Shown here piece by piece: positions 26,485 through 35,286 of a stretch of DNA of 39,244 nt. Numbering within the stretch: position 1 is the stretch's first letter; each line of letters opens with the position of its first letter. The DNA comes from a virus. The DNA lies in the UHGV virus genome UHGV-1357478, one strand, 5' to 3'. The translations under genes and the position numbers were made by a program. The notes under the pieces are model-generated. The model was given only the letters and a program-made list of their open reading frames with translations. It was not told where the DNA came from and did not search any database.

Positions 26485-26694
26485 TTACTTAAACAAATCC
26501 CAAAAGCTAAAGGTTGTTTTATTATATACTTTATTATACATAGCTTTCTTGGGGTTCTTAATGAAACCAGTTCCTTTTTGCCCATAACCAGGAATTACTG
26601 CTTTTTTAAGCTTACGTTTAGCTTTTCCAGTAGTACGAGCACTTATTGATTTTTTTATACTTGGTTTACGCATTCCTACTTTCATGTAAAACAC
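26485..26694 (-). CDS. small highly basic protein (69 aa)
   Basis: K/R-rich, tightly packed between neighbouring genes. Confidence 0.35.
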   Translation of the reverse strand: MFYMKVGMRKPSIKKSISARTTGKAKRKLKKAVIPGYGQKGTGFIKNPKKAMYNKVYNKTTFSFWDLFK

Positions 26695-26711
26695 GTCCTT
26701 TTATATATGAT

Positions 26712-27476
26712 TTAGAAGTTTTCTGAAACAACCTCTCCATTTACAATTTTTGCAATCTCTTTATTATCTTTGAGTAATACTATAGGGTAATCTATTTCAT
26801 ATGCAGATTTAGCTGACTTAGATAACGATTTGGCACTGTCTAATAAAGATTTTTTTATATCTGATGAATCGAGTTGTTTAACTTTTGAAATATCAATGTC
26901 TAGCTGTTCGCTATCAGTATTAAATTTAGAAATAGCTCCAGTTGATTTAAAGATGTAATCAGAATCTCGAACCAAGTAATTTTGATATTCTAATTCCTTA
27001 GAGGAATGAGAGCTGTTATTATCTAATATTGGAAATGTAACATTACCATCTTGAACAACAAAAACATCTTTATTAATATCACCAGGATATTTCAATTTAA
27101 TTTTATATTCTTTACCAATGGCCTTAGAAATACTTTTAGATAAATTTGTAAAGTTAGATGAAATATCAGTTAAAGAATCTTTGTATTTTGGTATTTCGGC
27201 ATTATCTGCAACAGTTTTTAAAGTATCTGTTACTGATAATCCTACTATTGGATCTAAAACAAAGCTTTTTGATTCTTTATCAAAAGTAACTTTATGATTT
27301 TTGGAAAAATTATCTTGTAAGTCTTTTAAAGTTGAGCTTATTAATTCTTCTTTTTTGTTATCAATTTTACCTACTTCAGTTTCTGAACTATTATTTGTTT
27401 TTTCGGTAGATTGAGAACATCCAGATAACGCAACGGTCAATAGCAAAAAAGATGTGAAAATAACCTTCTTTTTCAT
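26712..27476 (-). CDS. lipoprotein (254 aa)
   Basis: Signal peptide with lipobox LSGC (MKKKVIFTSFLLLTVALSG|C). RBS GGGGAG. Confidence 0.7.
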   Translation of the reverse strand: MKKKVIFTSFLLLTVALSGCSQSTEKTNNSSETEVGKIDNKKEELISSTLKDLQDNFSKNHKVTFDKESKSFVLDPIVGLSVTDTLKTVADNAEIPKYKDSLTDISSNFTNLSKSISKAIGKEYKIKLKYPGDINKDVFVVQDGNVTFPILDNNSSHSSKELEYQNYLVRDSDYIFKSTGAISKFNTDSEQLDIDISKVKQLDSSDIKKSLLDSAKSLSKSAKSAYEIDYPIVLLKDNKEIAKIVNGEVVSENF

Positions 27477-27539
27477 TTTTAAAACTCCCCATTTCTGATA
27501 TAATGTATTTATTGAATAATTCTCACAAATGAGGAAAGA

Positions 27540-27567
27540 GTTCCGTGTTGTAGCACGGGGCTTTTTT
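27540..27567. terminator. hairpin with T-run on the plus strand
   Basis: ccgtg-ttgtag-cacgg then ggcTTTTTTATT. It is oriented for plus-strand termination, yet sits between minus-strand genes. Confidence 0.35.
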
Positions 27568-28039
27568 ATTGTAAATTTGTATTTAAAATCATGACTGATA
27601 AATCATTAAACTCAAAAATTCTACCTTTATAAAAATGGGTATCACCAAATTTTTGACGATAATAGGCGAGTACATTTTTTAGCGTTTCAACGTCTACCCC
27701 TAAAAATTCAGCGCACGTGTAATGATTACTGAATCCTGATTCTGAACACTTAATTAAATCATCTAAAGTGACTAATTGTTCTAAAGCATATTGTCTAGCT
27801 TTTAATTCTTGTTTGCGGTTTTCTAAACAATCCTGGTTTAATATATCGCCAAACGAAGTATCATGGTGACCAAGTTCTTCAGCTAGCACATTTCTTTTTT
27901 CAACTAGACTCAACGATTTTTCAATATAAATTCTACCATCACGGTACAATCCATAGCATCCAGTATTTTGAAACAAATCTGTTTCAATAACTGGTGTTTT
28001 TTTCTGTACCTCTGACACCAACAGTTCATATTCGTTCAT
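27566..28039 (-). CDS. ImmA/IrrE-family metallopeptidase
   Basis: HEXXH motif (AEELGHH). Start taken at the internal ATG (MNEYELL...) with AGGAG RBS, 17 nt after the repressor stop. The track ORF extends to 28126. Confidence 0.7.
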   Translation of the reverse strand: MNEYELLVSEVQKKTPVIETDLFQNTGCYGLYRDGRIYIEKSLSLVEKRNVLAEELGHHDTSFGDILNQDCLENRKQELKARQYALEQLVTLDDLIKCSESGFSNHYTCAEFLGVDVETLKNVLAYYRQKFGDTHFYKGRIFEFNDLSVMILNTNLQ

Positions 28040-28055
28040 AAAATACTCCTGAAAA

Positions 28056-28628
28056 TTATTCTTTATCATCTGATTCATCATCAAAAAGATGTTTACATTC
28101 TTTTTGCTTTCTATCATAATCAGCATCCACTTTATCTAGAAATTGATTAATTTTAAGTTTCTCTTCATCAGTAAATACTTTATCAGGGTCTGGTGAATGC
28201 GCAGCTAAAGTATCATATTTTTTCTTGTTAATGTTAACCACATTATTAGAAGCTTTGTTTTGTTTTTCTAAATGAGACTTAGCTTCGTTATATATAAGCT
28301 GTTGGATCTTGGGTTCTAACTGGTTGAATATAGGTACTATGTCGAAGTCATTTTTTTCACTAGATCTTTGTTCGTCAGGGATTCTTTTTTTAGAGACATC
28401 AAACCCCATTAGCCATGCTTCGTTAACATCTAAAGTTTTTGACAGAAGATAAATTCTATTTTGGTCAGGTGATTGCTTTCCAGTTACATATTGTGACAAA
28501 GTACTTTTACTCATTTTTATATTTAATTCTTTTTGATATGGTTCTGACAAACGAAGAATATCAACTTGTTTTAAATTGCGCTCACTCATAAGTTGCTTTA
28601 GACGAGCAGATGTTTTAACTCTATCCAT
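28056..28628 (-). CDS. XRE-family (cI-like) repressor
   Basis: N-terminal HTH (LKQVDILRLSEPY...TLSQYVTGKQ). No S24 peptidase domain. Confidence 0.75.
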   Translation of the reverse strand: MDRVKTSARLKQLMSERNLKQVDILRLSEPYQKELNIKMSKSTLSQYVTGKQSPDQNRIYLLSKTLDVNEAWLMGFDVSKKRIPDEQRSSEKNDFDIVPIFNQLEPKIQQLIYNEAKSHLEKQNKASNNVVNINKKKYDTLAAHSPDPDKVFTDEEKLKINQFLDKVDADYDRKQKECKHLFDDESDDKE

Positions 28629-28786
28629 TGGTACACCTCCTTACAGATTTAAGTATACAAGATATTGAATATATCTTCAACGAAAAAATTCATGAATCAT
28701 GAACTTTTTCGTTGACAATAAGAAATGAACAATGTATTATATGGTTATAAAGTTCATGTTCGTGAACTTGAAGGGGGTGTTTGTAA
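28629..28786. promoter_or_regulatory. genetic switch: divergent promoters with GTTCA/TGAAC operator palindromes
   Basis: Plus strand: TTGACA-17-TATTAT upstream of cro. Minus strand: TTGAAG-17-TATACT upstream of the repressor. Palindromes include AAGTTCA-N6-TGAACTT and TTCATGAATCATGAAC. Confidence 0.6.
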
Positions 28787-29020
28787 ATGTGCTATGATTA
28801 CTCAAAATTAGCAGGAAGAATTGTTGAAAAGTTTGGAACTCAATACAATTTTGCTATCGCAATGGGATTGTCGGAGAGAACAATATCATTGAAAATGAAC
28901 GGGAAAGTCTCTTGGAAAGACACTGAAATTACGAAAGCTTGCAAATTGCTAGACTTGGAAACAAATTTTATTCATTTATATTTTTTTAAAGAAAAAGTTC
29001 ATGTTTGTGAACAAGGGTAA
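28787..29020 (+). CDS. Cro-like HTH regulator
   Basis: 77 aa with HTH (NFAIAMGLSERTISLKMNGK); divergent from the repressor. Confidence 0.6.
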   Translation: MCYDYSKLAGRIVEKFGTQYNFAIAMGLSERTISLKMNGKVSWKDTEITKACKLLDLETNFIHLYFFKEKVHVCEQG

Positions 29021-29101
29021 TTTTGGAAGTATACAAATGAAAAAGGAAAAGTGCTCCATTAATGGAACGAAAGACAACCAGAACAGAAGGGATGAAACCA
29101 T

Positions 29102-29827
29102 ATGAACGAACTAATTAAAGTAACAGCAAATGAAAATGATGAACAGCTTGTAAGTGCAAGAGACCTGCACAGATATTTAGGTATTAAAAAGAAATTTTCC
29201 GCATGGTGGGAACAGTATGGAGATATGTTCCTAATTAACGAAGAATACACGAGGGCACCTCGAAGTTACCTCGTTGAAAGCGGGAATGGAGCGAACAGAC
29301 TATACGACGACTATGCCTTAAAGTTGGATATGGCGAAGCACATTTCTATGTTAACGAAAACCGAAAAAGGGAAACAAGCAAGACAGTATTTCATCCAACT
29401 AGAAAAGTTTTGGAATAGCCCAGAAATGGTTACTAAACGAGCTCTTGAATTTCAACAGAAAAAAATAGAAGTATTACAACTAGAAAATGAATCATTAAAA
29501 CCTAAAGCATTATTTGCAGATGCCGTGGATGCAAGTAAGACTTCCATTTTAATCGGTGACTTAGCTAAGCTAATCAAGCAAAACGGCATTGACATTGGGC
29601 AGAATCGTTTATTCCAATGGCTGCGAGACAATGGGTATCTAATTGCTCGAAAAGGTGAAAGCTACAATATGCCAACCCAGCGGTCACTTGATTTGGGAAT
29701 TGCGGAAATCAAGGAACGAACCCATAACAATCCAGATGGAAGTATTCGAATTAGTCGAACGCCGAAAATTACTGGTAAAGGGCAAATATATTTTGTTAAC
29801 AAGTTCTTACATGACAAGACAGCATAG
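29102..29827 (+). CDS. antirepressor (Rha N-terminal domain + KilA-C/ANT C-terminal domain)
   Basis: N-terminal VSARDLHRYLGIKKKFSAWW (pRha-like). C-terminal ...NRLFQWLRDNGYLIAR... (KilAC-like). Confidence 0.65.
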   Translation: MNELIKVTANENDEQLVSARDLHRYLGIKKKFSAWWEQYGDMFLINEEYTRAPRSYLVESGNGANRLYDDYALKLDMAKHISMLTKTEKGKQARQYFIQLEKFWNSPEMVTKRALEFQQKKIEVLQLENESLKPKALFADAVDASKTSILIGDLAKLIKQNGIDIGQNRLFQWLRDNGYLIARKGESYNMPTQRSLDLGIAEIKERTHNNPDGSIRISRTPKITGKGQIYFVNKFLHDKTA

Positions 29828-29842
29828 AAAGGAGATGTCTAC

Positions 29843-30091
29843 ATGCAAATCACACTAGCAAAGACTATCGATTTACAGCAAGCTTGGATGGCAAAAGATG
29901 AAGCAATTGTTTATTTTGGCTATCAGCATCACAAACCAACATTTCAAAAACTTCTGAGAGAGTTTAAGGAACATAAAGAATTTAAAGATGGATATAGACT
30001 CGTTACATCATGCATGCCAATTATCCACATTCAGAAATTTGATGAATTTTTGGTTTGGCGGGAAAAAAACAAGTATAAACGAAATAAATAG
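29843..30091 (+). CDS. hypothetical protein
   Basis: 82 aa ORF with RBS GGAG. Confidence 0.4.
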   Translation: MQITLAKTIDLQQAWMAKDEAIVYFGYQHHKPTFQKLLREFKEHKEFKDGYRLVTSCMPIIHIQKFDEFLVWREKNKYKRNK

Positions 30092-30112
30092 ACGTTATAG
30101 GAGGTAAGTAAT

Positions 30113-30286
30113 ATGAGAAAAATTTATAACTTAAGAAGAATTGCAGTATTGCTAATCGTTTTCGGATTGGGGTTGATAGTAGGCGGAAAATTTAATCCGA
30201 TTATCCAAAATATATATGTCGGCTTATTCATCATTTGGACACTATTTTATGATTTGGCACTTGAAGATAGAGAGGTTAAGAAATGA
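30113..30286 (+). CDS. small membrane protein (57 aa)
   Basis: RBS TAGGAGG; two hydrophobic stretches. Not in the track (<60 aa). Confidence 0.4.
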   Translation: MRKIYNLRRIAVLLIVFGLGLIVGGKFNPIIQNIYVGLFIIWTLFYDLALEDREVKK

Positions 30287-30392
30287 CAAGAAAAGACAAA
30301 CTAGAACAAACGAAAAAACTTGCTGATTTATGGTACCAGCAACAAAAAAATCAAATATACATTATGCAACAAAAAGAGAGAAGGGAATTTAG

Positions 30393-30548
30393 ATGTTTAA
30401 AGCAGTAGGAAAAGATAGTTTGAAAATTTACGTGGTTGAGGATACGAAAGCCCTGGTATTTCAAAAGCTTAAAGAAAAATATCCAGACACTGCGATAAAT
30501 AAGGCAGTATTTCCAGAAGCGTTATTTATCCAAGAAACAAAAAAGTGA
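30393..30548 (+). CDS. small hypothetical protein (51 aa)
   Basis: ATG 30393. Follows another overlapping 41-aa ORF at 30283..30408. Confidence 0.25.
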   Translation: MFKAVGKDSLKIYVVEDTKALVFQKLKEKYPDTAINKAVFPEALFIQETKK

Positions 30549-30604
30549 CTTCCGCCGGCAAGCAAAAAGTCACAAACAAAATTAATTGATAGGAGAATTA
30601 TAGC

Positions 30605-30841
30605 ATGAGAGTGGAAGTGGATTCAATGCAAAGAATTGTCTTAATTGATAATCATTCACCTTATGGATCACTGATTTTTGAAAAGGATGCTATTAATAAT
30701 CATGTTGCTGTTTACCAAGATAGCGAAGATGAAGAAGTTAGAACAGTATTCGAGAGTTTAGATGAAAGTGCTTATTTTAATCAAGTTGAATTAATCGAAG
30801 GACTTCAAAAAGTTATTTCATTACTGAAAGAAGGGGAATAA
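30605..30841 (+). CDS. hypothetical protein
   Basis: 78 aa; ATGA-type overlap with the downstream ERF gene. Confidence 0.45.
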   Translation: MRVEVDSMQRIVLIDNHSPYGSLIFEKDAINNHVAVYQDSEDEEVRTVFESLDESAYFNQVELIEGLQKVISLLKEGE

Positions 30842-31519
30842 ATGAACGAGAACAGCGAAAATTTAAAAGAATTGTTTGATGGGATGTATAAGCTAAAAAG
30901 CAAATTAATTCAACCAAGATTTGACGCAGAAGTTGCCTATACAACGAAAAAAGGTCCAATGAATTTCCAATATGCAACTCTAAAAGCGATTGAAGAAGCA
31001 ATTAGAAAAGCTGCACAAGAATCCGAAAGCGGAATTGATTTTCAACAAAATGTCGTCAATGAGAATAATGCGTTAAAAGTCACAACAATTATTACTCATG
31101 TTAGCGGTCAATATATCATTCATGGACCTTTTGAATTTCCAAACAGTGGCACCAATCCGCAAGGGCTAGGAAGCTTAACAACTTATGCAAGACGTTACTC
31201 TTTGTCTGCTGCTTTTGGAATTGCTGCAGATAAAGACGATGATGGCCAAACAGCAGCTGAAAAGAACAGCGATACTCCAAAAGTTGATTTGATTAGCGGT
31301 AAACAATTAGCCACGTTAAATGATTATATCCGACAACTTTCTGAATTATCGAATTCTGAACTTGACTATGTGCGGAATGAACTAAGTAAAGAATTGAATG
31401 TAGATGTCAATGAAAACATGCCAGCCAGCATGTTCAATAAAGCTATTGGAGTTCTGAAGCAATGGATACAACAATTCCAACCACAACCAGAAGAAAACAT
31501 TACATGGGGGCAAAGCTAA
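30842..31519 (+). CDS. ERF-family single-strand annealing recombinase
   Basis: ERF signature LTTYARRYSLSAAFGIAADKDDDG (compare P22 Erf ...SSYARKYCLNGLFGI...). Confidence 0.75.
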   Translation: MNENSENLKELFDGMYKLKSKLIQPRFDAEVAYTTKKGPMNFQYATLKAIEEAIRKAAQESESGIDFQQNVVNENNALKVTTIITHVSGQYIIHGPFEFPNSGTNPQGLGSLTTYARRYSLSAAFGIAADKDDDGQTAAEKNSDTPKVDLISGKQLATLNDYIRQLSELSNSELDYVRNELSKELNVDVNENMPASMFNKAIGVLKQWIQQFQPQPEENITWGQS

Positions 31520-32442
31520 TGACAAACGAATTAACAACAGAATTGCAGTTTAATGTTGATTTTAAAGCTAGTGAAATCACTATCCAAAATGAAGAACAGT
31601 TGGCTGAGATGGTTGAGAGTGCAGTTAACCACTATTCAACAATGGTTTTCACAGATAAAAACATTCCAGAAGCTAAAAAAGCAAGAGCAGACTTAAACAA
31701 AGTTGCGACGTTGCTAGATGATCAACGAAAAGCCGTTAAAAATCAATATAATAAGCCATTAAAAGATTTTGAGGAAAAAATAAAAAAATATACTGAAAAA
31801 ATCAGTGAGGTTAGTTCAGGAATTAACGAAAGTATCCAATCATACGAAGAAGTAGAAAAACAGAAACGAAGCGAAAAGCTTCAAAAAGTAATTGCTGAAA
31901 TGTCTGAAAACTACAATGTATCCATTGACGAAATTGAAATTCCTAGTTCGTGGACTAATAAAACAGCTTTCACAGTTAAAGGTGAACCAAATAAGAAAAC
32001 TATTGAGGAAATAGCGGCATCGATGGTAGCAGTTGCATCTGAAAAAGAACGTATAAAAAACGATAAGCTCATTGTTGAAAATTATGCTAAGGCAGTTGGC
32101 CTTGACTCGTTTTCTTGGGTCGCATTAATTGATAAAGGGTCTACTGCACCAGAGCTGATAAAAGAAATCGATTCTGCCGTTGCTTTAAAAAAAGAACAAG
32201 AAGAACGTGAAAGAGCAAAAAGAGAACACGACGAAGCCATTGCTGCTTTGAAAACTGAAACAATCAACAATAAAACGGTTGACACTGCGACGGGTGAAAT
32301 CATCACGGAAGAAGCACCAAAAACCAGCAAAAAACAACAAGAGAAAACAGTTACGTTAAGACTAACAGCAGAACATCAAAAGTTAGTTGCTCTAAACAAT
32401 TTTATTATTAATAACGGGATTCAAGTGGAAGTGATTGAATGA
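31519..32442 (+). CDS. hypothetical coiled-coil protein (DUF1351-like position after ERF)
   Basis: ATG overlapping the ERF stop (TAATGA). The track ORF starts upstream at 31462, inside erf. Confidence 0.45.
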   Translation: MTNELTTELQFNVDFKASEITIQNEEQLAEMVESAVNHYSTMVFTDKNIPEAKKARADLNKVATLLDDQRKAVKNQYNKPLKDFEEKIKKYTEKISEVSSGINESIQSYEEVEKQKRSEKLQKVIAEMSENYNVSIDEIEIPSSWTNKTAFTVKGEPNKKTIEEIAASMVAVASEKERIKNDKLIVENYAKAVGLDSFSWVALIDKGSTAPELIKEIDSAVALKKEQEERERAKREHDEAIAALKTETINNKTVDTATGEIITEEAPKTSKKQQEKTVTLRLTAEHQKLVALNNFIINNGIQVEVIE

Positions 32443-33119
32443 ACCTAACCAATGTTTATTCTGCTGTTATTAAGAGTTTGAAAAACAACTCAATAACAGC
32501 AGTAATAAACGAAGCAATAAATATTGAACGATTAAAAACCATGTATTTTGATTATACAGGGCCAAGAGAAGTTGAAATAAGATTTATTGATCCGAGAAAA
32601 TTTAGTGTTGCCCAACGTCGATTTATCTTTGCAATGCTAGAGGATATATTCTCTTTCACAGGGCAAGAAACAGAAGTGTTAAAGGAAATGTTCTATCTCA
32701 GATTTGAAGCGTTACAGGGCTATGAAATTAGCCTTAGAAACGACTCAACAAACACAATGGATGATGCAACGATATTAGCAAACATTATCTTGAATTTCAT
32801 TTTTGAAAATAATATTCCATTTCGCAATGGGTATGATATTTTGCCTGCTAATCAGGAATATTACTTTTACAAATGTATCACTAACCGAGTTTGTTGCATT
32901 TGTGGCAAAACTGGTGCAGATATTGACCATTTCGATAAAGCTCTAGGTCGGCGGAAAAGAAAAAGTGTGGACCACACAGAATACACTTACGCTGGTTTAT
33001 GTCGATGCCATCACACCGAAAAACACAACATTGGTATTACAGCATTTAAGAAAAAATACCATGTTAAAGGTATCAAATTGAACCAAGAAACTATCAAAAA
33101 ATTACACATAGGAGGCTAG
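32439..33119 (+). CDS. Cys/His-rich HNH-like nuclease-family protein
   Basis: CCICGK...DIDH...VDH...CRCHHTEKH cluster. Confidence 0.4.
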   Translation: MNLTNVYSAVIKSLKNNSITAVINEAINIERLKTMYFDYTGPREVEIRFIDPRKFSVAQRRFIFAMLEDIFSFTGQETEVLKEMFYLRFEALQGYEISLRNDSTNTMDDATILANIILNFIFENNIPFRNGYDILPANQEYYFYKCITNRVCCICGKTGADIDHFDKALGRRKRKSVDHTEYTYAGLCRCHHTEKHNIGITAFKKKYHVKGIKLNQETIKKLHIGG

Positions 33120-33123
33120 ATAA

Positions 33124-34068
33124 GTGGCTGAAATTAGCTGGATAAAATTAAGCACTAGTTTACCTGATAATAAGAAAATCAAGCGAATACGTAAATTGCC
33201 AGATGGCGATCGAGTAATTTTGTTTTGGGTATTTTTATTAGCTCGTGCTGGTGAAAGCAACCAAAAAGGCGGATTGTTCTTAACTGATACTTTGCCCTAT
33301 TCAGATGAAGATTTAGCAGCTGATTTTGATTTCACAGTTGAGTTTGTAAAGTTTGCCATTTTAACTTTGGAAAAATACAGCATGGTAACAACCTATGAAG
33401 ATGTAATTTTCATTAAGAACTGGGAAGAATATCAAGCTATTGATGGTATGGAAAAAGTCAAAGAGCAAAATCGCATTAGACAAGCGAAATACCGAGAAAA
33501 ACAAAAGCAACTGTCATTAAGTAACGTTACTAGTAACGTTACACGTAACGCTGATGTAACGCTGAGTAACGGAACAGATAAAGATATAGATAAAGAAATA
33601 GATAAAGATAATAAAGAAGAGTCAAAGAAACCTCCTTGTAAATATTCTGACGAACATTTACGTCTTGCTCAAAAATTACAAAATAATTTAATCAATGATT
33701 TTCCAAGTGAAATGAAAAAAGTGAAGATTGAAAAATGGGCAGATGTTTTCAGATTAATCGAAGAACGAGATCAACAAACTATTGCAGCAATTGACTATGT
33801 TCTTGATTGGTTACCGACAAATTCATTTTGGTTTGGAAACATTAGAAGTGCTTCTAAGCTAAGAACGCAGTTTGAAAAACTAAAATTTGAAATCAAGAAT
33901 GAAAAAGAACGGGGCCAACAACGAACGACTTACAAACGTCAAAATGTTAGGACTGAAAATTTACCAGAATGGGCAAAAGAACCAAATAAACAGCAAGAAG
34001 AAAAGCTATCGCCAGAAGAGCAAGCGGAACTTGATAGACAAATAAAAGAATTCATGGAGGGAAAATGA
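33124..34068 (+). CDS. replisome organiser / DnaD-like replication initiator
   Basis: N-terminus MAEISWIKLSTSLPDNKKIKRI...LFWVFLLARAGES matches the phage replisome-organiser N-domain. Internal iterons. Confidence 0.7.
   Translation: MAEISWIKLSTSLPDNKKIKRIRKLPDGDRVILFWVFLLARAGESNQKGGLFLTDTLPYSDEDLAADFDFTVEFVKFAILTLEKYSMVTTYEDVIFIKNWEEYQAIDGMEKVKEQNRIRQAKYREKQKQLSLSNVTSNVTRNADVTLSNGTDKDIDKEIDKDNKEESKKPPCKYSDEHLRLAQKLQNNLINDFPSEMKKVKIEKWADVFRLIEERDQQTIAAIDYVLDWLPTNSFWFGNIRSASKLRTQFEKLKFEIKNEKERGQQRTTYKRQNVRTENLPEWAKEPNKQQEEKLSPEEQAELDRQIKEFMEGK
33521..33575. repeat. GTAACG(T/C)T iterons (x5): candidate origin of replication inside the initiator gene
   Basis: agtaacgtt actagtaacgtt acacgtaacgct gatgtaacgct gagtaacgg. 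Confidence 0.55.
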
Positions 34069-34367
34069 TGAACGAATTAGTTAAATTAGTAGAAGAATGG
34101 GCGAAAGAAAAGCATTTAGATAAAGCAGAGCCAGAAAAGCAAATGTTAAAAGTGATTGAGGAAGTCGGAGAAGTTGGCGCTGCATTGGCAAGAAATAATG
34201 AAAACGATCTAAGAGATGGTATAGGTGATGTGGTTGTGACGTTAATTATTCTCGCTATGCAAAATAACATGGACTTATACGAATGCTTAAATCAAGCATA
34301 CAGCGAAATTAAAAATCGGCAAGGGGAAATGGTAAACGGAGTATTCGTCAAAGAATCCGATTTGTAA
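34065..34367 (+). CDS. MazG-like nucleotide pyrophosphohydrolase
   Basis: EEVGEVGAA...DGIGDVVVTLIILA (EExxE...D motifs); 100 aa. Confidence 0.6.
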   Translation: MMNELVKLVEEWAKEKHLDKAEPEKQMLKVIEEVGEVGAALARNNENDLRDGIGDVVVTLIILAMQNNMDLYECLNQAYSEIKNRQGEMVNGVFVKESDL

Positions 34368-34388
34368 GGTTTGGGGTGGAAATAAATA

Positions 34389-34913
34389 ATGACAAAGTAC
34401 CCAACACAAGAATTAAAAAACAAAAGAAAATCTCATGTGCAATTCATGAGTACAGAGGCAATGAAGAATATTTATGAGCTAGGCTATCCCTTTGAATACT
34501 TCGAACATAGTTGCCAATTTGCGATTGAAACGCCTGTAGGTGTCATTGATTACTTCGGGATAAATGGCACTTGGGTGGTCCGCAAAGGACAAGACCGGGG
34601 GAAAGGTATACGAAAACTGAAGCAGTATATAAAAAACAGAGTAGGTGATTACATGGAAAAAGTAAAAGTAGTGAAATGCGCTGGGTATTTGGATAAAGAC
34701 GGGAACATCACTAATAAAATTAAGCAGGCGATGCATTTTACAGACGATGAATTAGCAAATCTTGCTGCAGAAGTGGCAGGTGGAAAGGTCGTAAACGTTG
34801 TAATTCCACCAGAAAAGCCAAAACAATTACTTGAAAAAGTGAAAGAAGAATCATTTCAAGAAAAAACTAAGAAGAAAACCAAGAGCAATCAGTCTTGGAT
34901 GAACAAGAAATAA
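34389..34913 (+). CDS. hypothetical protein
   Basis: 174 aa with a Lys-rich C-terminus. Confidence 0.45.
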   Translation: MTKYPTQELKNKRKSHVQFMSTEAMKNIYELGYPFEYFEHSCQFAIETPVGVIDYFGINGTWVVRKGQDRGKGIRKLKQYIKNRVGDYMEKVKVVKCAGYLDKDGNITNKIKQAMHFTDDELANLAAEVAGGKVVNVVIPPEKPKQLLEKVKEESFQEKTKKKTKSNQSWMNKK

Positions 34914-35039
34914 TTTGTTGTTTTTACGGCGTAATTTAACGACAGTTAAATTCAATAATTAGTTTAGGGTAATTAATCATAAATGATTTAAAACGCCTTA
35001 AATCGAAAAATAAAGCGGTAAAATTGTGAGGTAAAAAAT

Positions 35040-35267
35040 ATGAAATTAACTAGTGTGACATTTAAGCCGTCGGCTGAACGTTTTCCGCCAATTGTGGCAA
35101 TAGATTTAGACCAATTAACACCAGATGAATACGTGACACTTAGAAATTTGGGTTATGATACGCAACTTTCCAAAATTACAAAAAGGACCTTTGAAGAGTT
35201 GGAAGGCCATTTGGGAATTCGAGGAGACGTTGCAAAGAAAAATGGATTTTATGTATTAATCAAATAA
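35040..35267 (+). CDS. hypothetical protein
   Basis: 75 aa. Confidence 0.4.
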   Translation: MKLTSVTFKPSAERFPPIVAIDLDQLTPDEYVTLRNLGYDTQLSKITKRTFEELEGHLGIRGDVAKKNGFYVLIK

Positions 35268-35286
35268 TCAGAAAGTAGAGGAGTTT

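Noticed and set aside
27478-27566. Possible small plus-strand RNA (TATAAT at ~27500-27505 plus plus-oriented terminator 27540-27567) antisense to the lipoprotein leader
   Set aside because: The TATAAT is the reverse complement of the likely minus-strand -10 (TTATAT) of the lipoprotein gene, which has a TTGTGA -35 and GGGGAG RBS. It is therefore probably not an independent promoter. The hairpin stays as an orientation-ambiguous terminator feature.
29643-29858. 71-aa ORF overlapping the antirepressor 3' end in another frame
   Set aside because: It is internal to 29102..29827 and has no RBS.
30548-30600. Inverted repeat gtgactt...aagtcac with a GC-rich loop, after the small early ORFs
   Set aside because: It lacks a clear U-tract, so it could be a weak terminator or a protein-binding site. 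It is too short to interpret.
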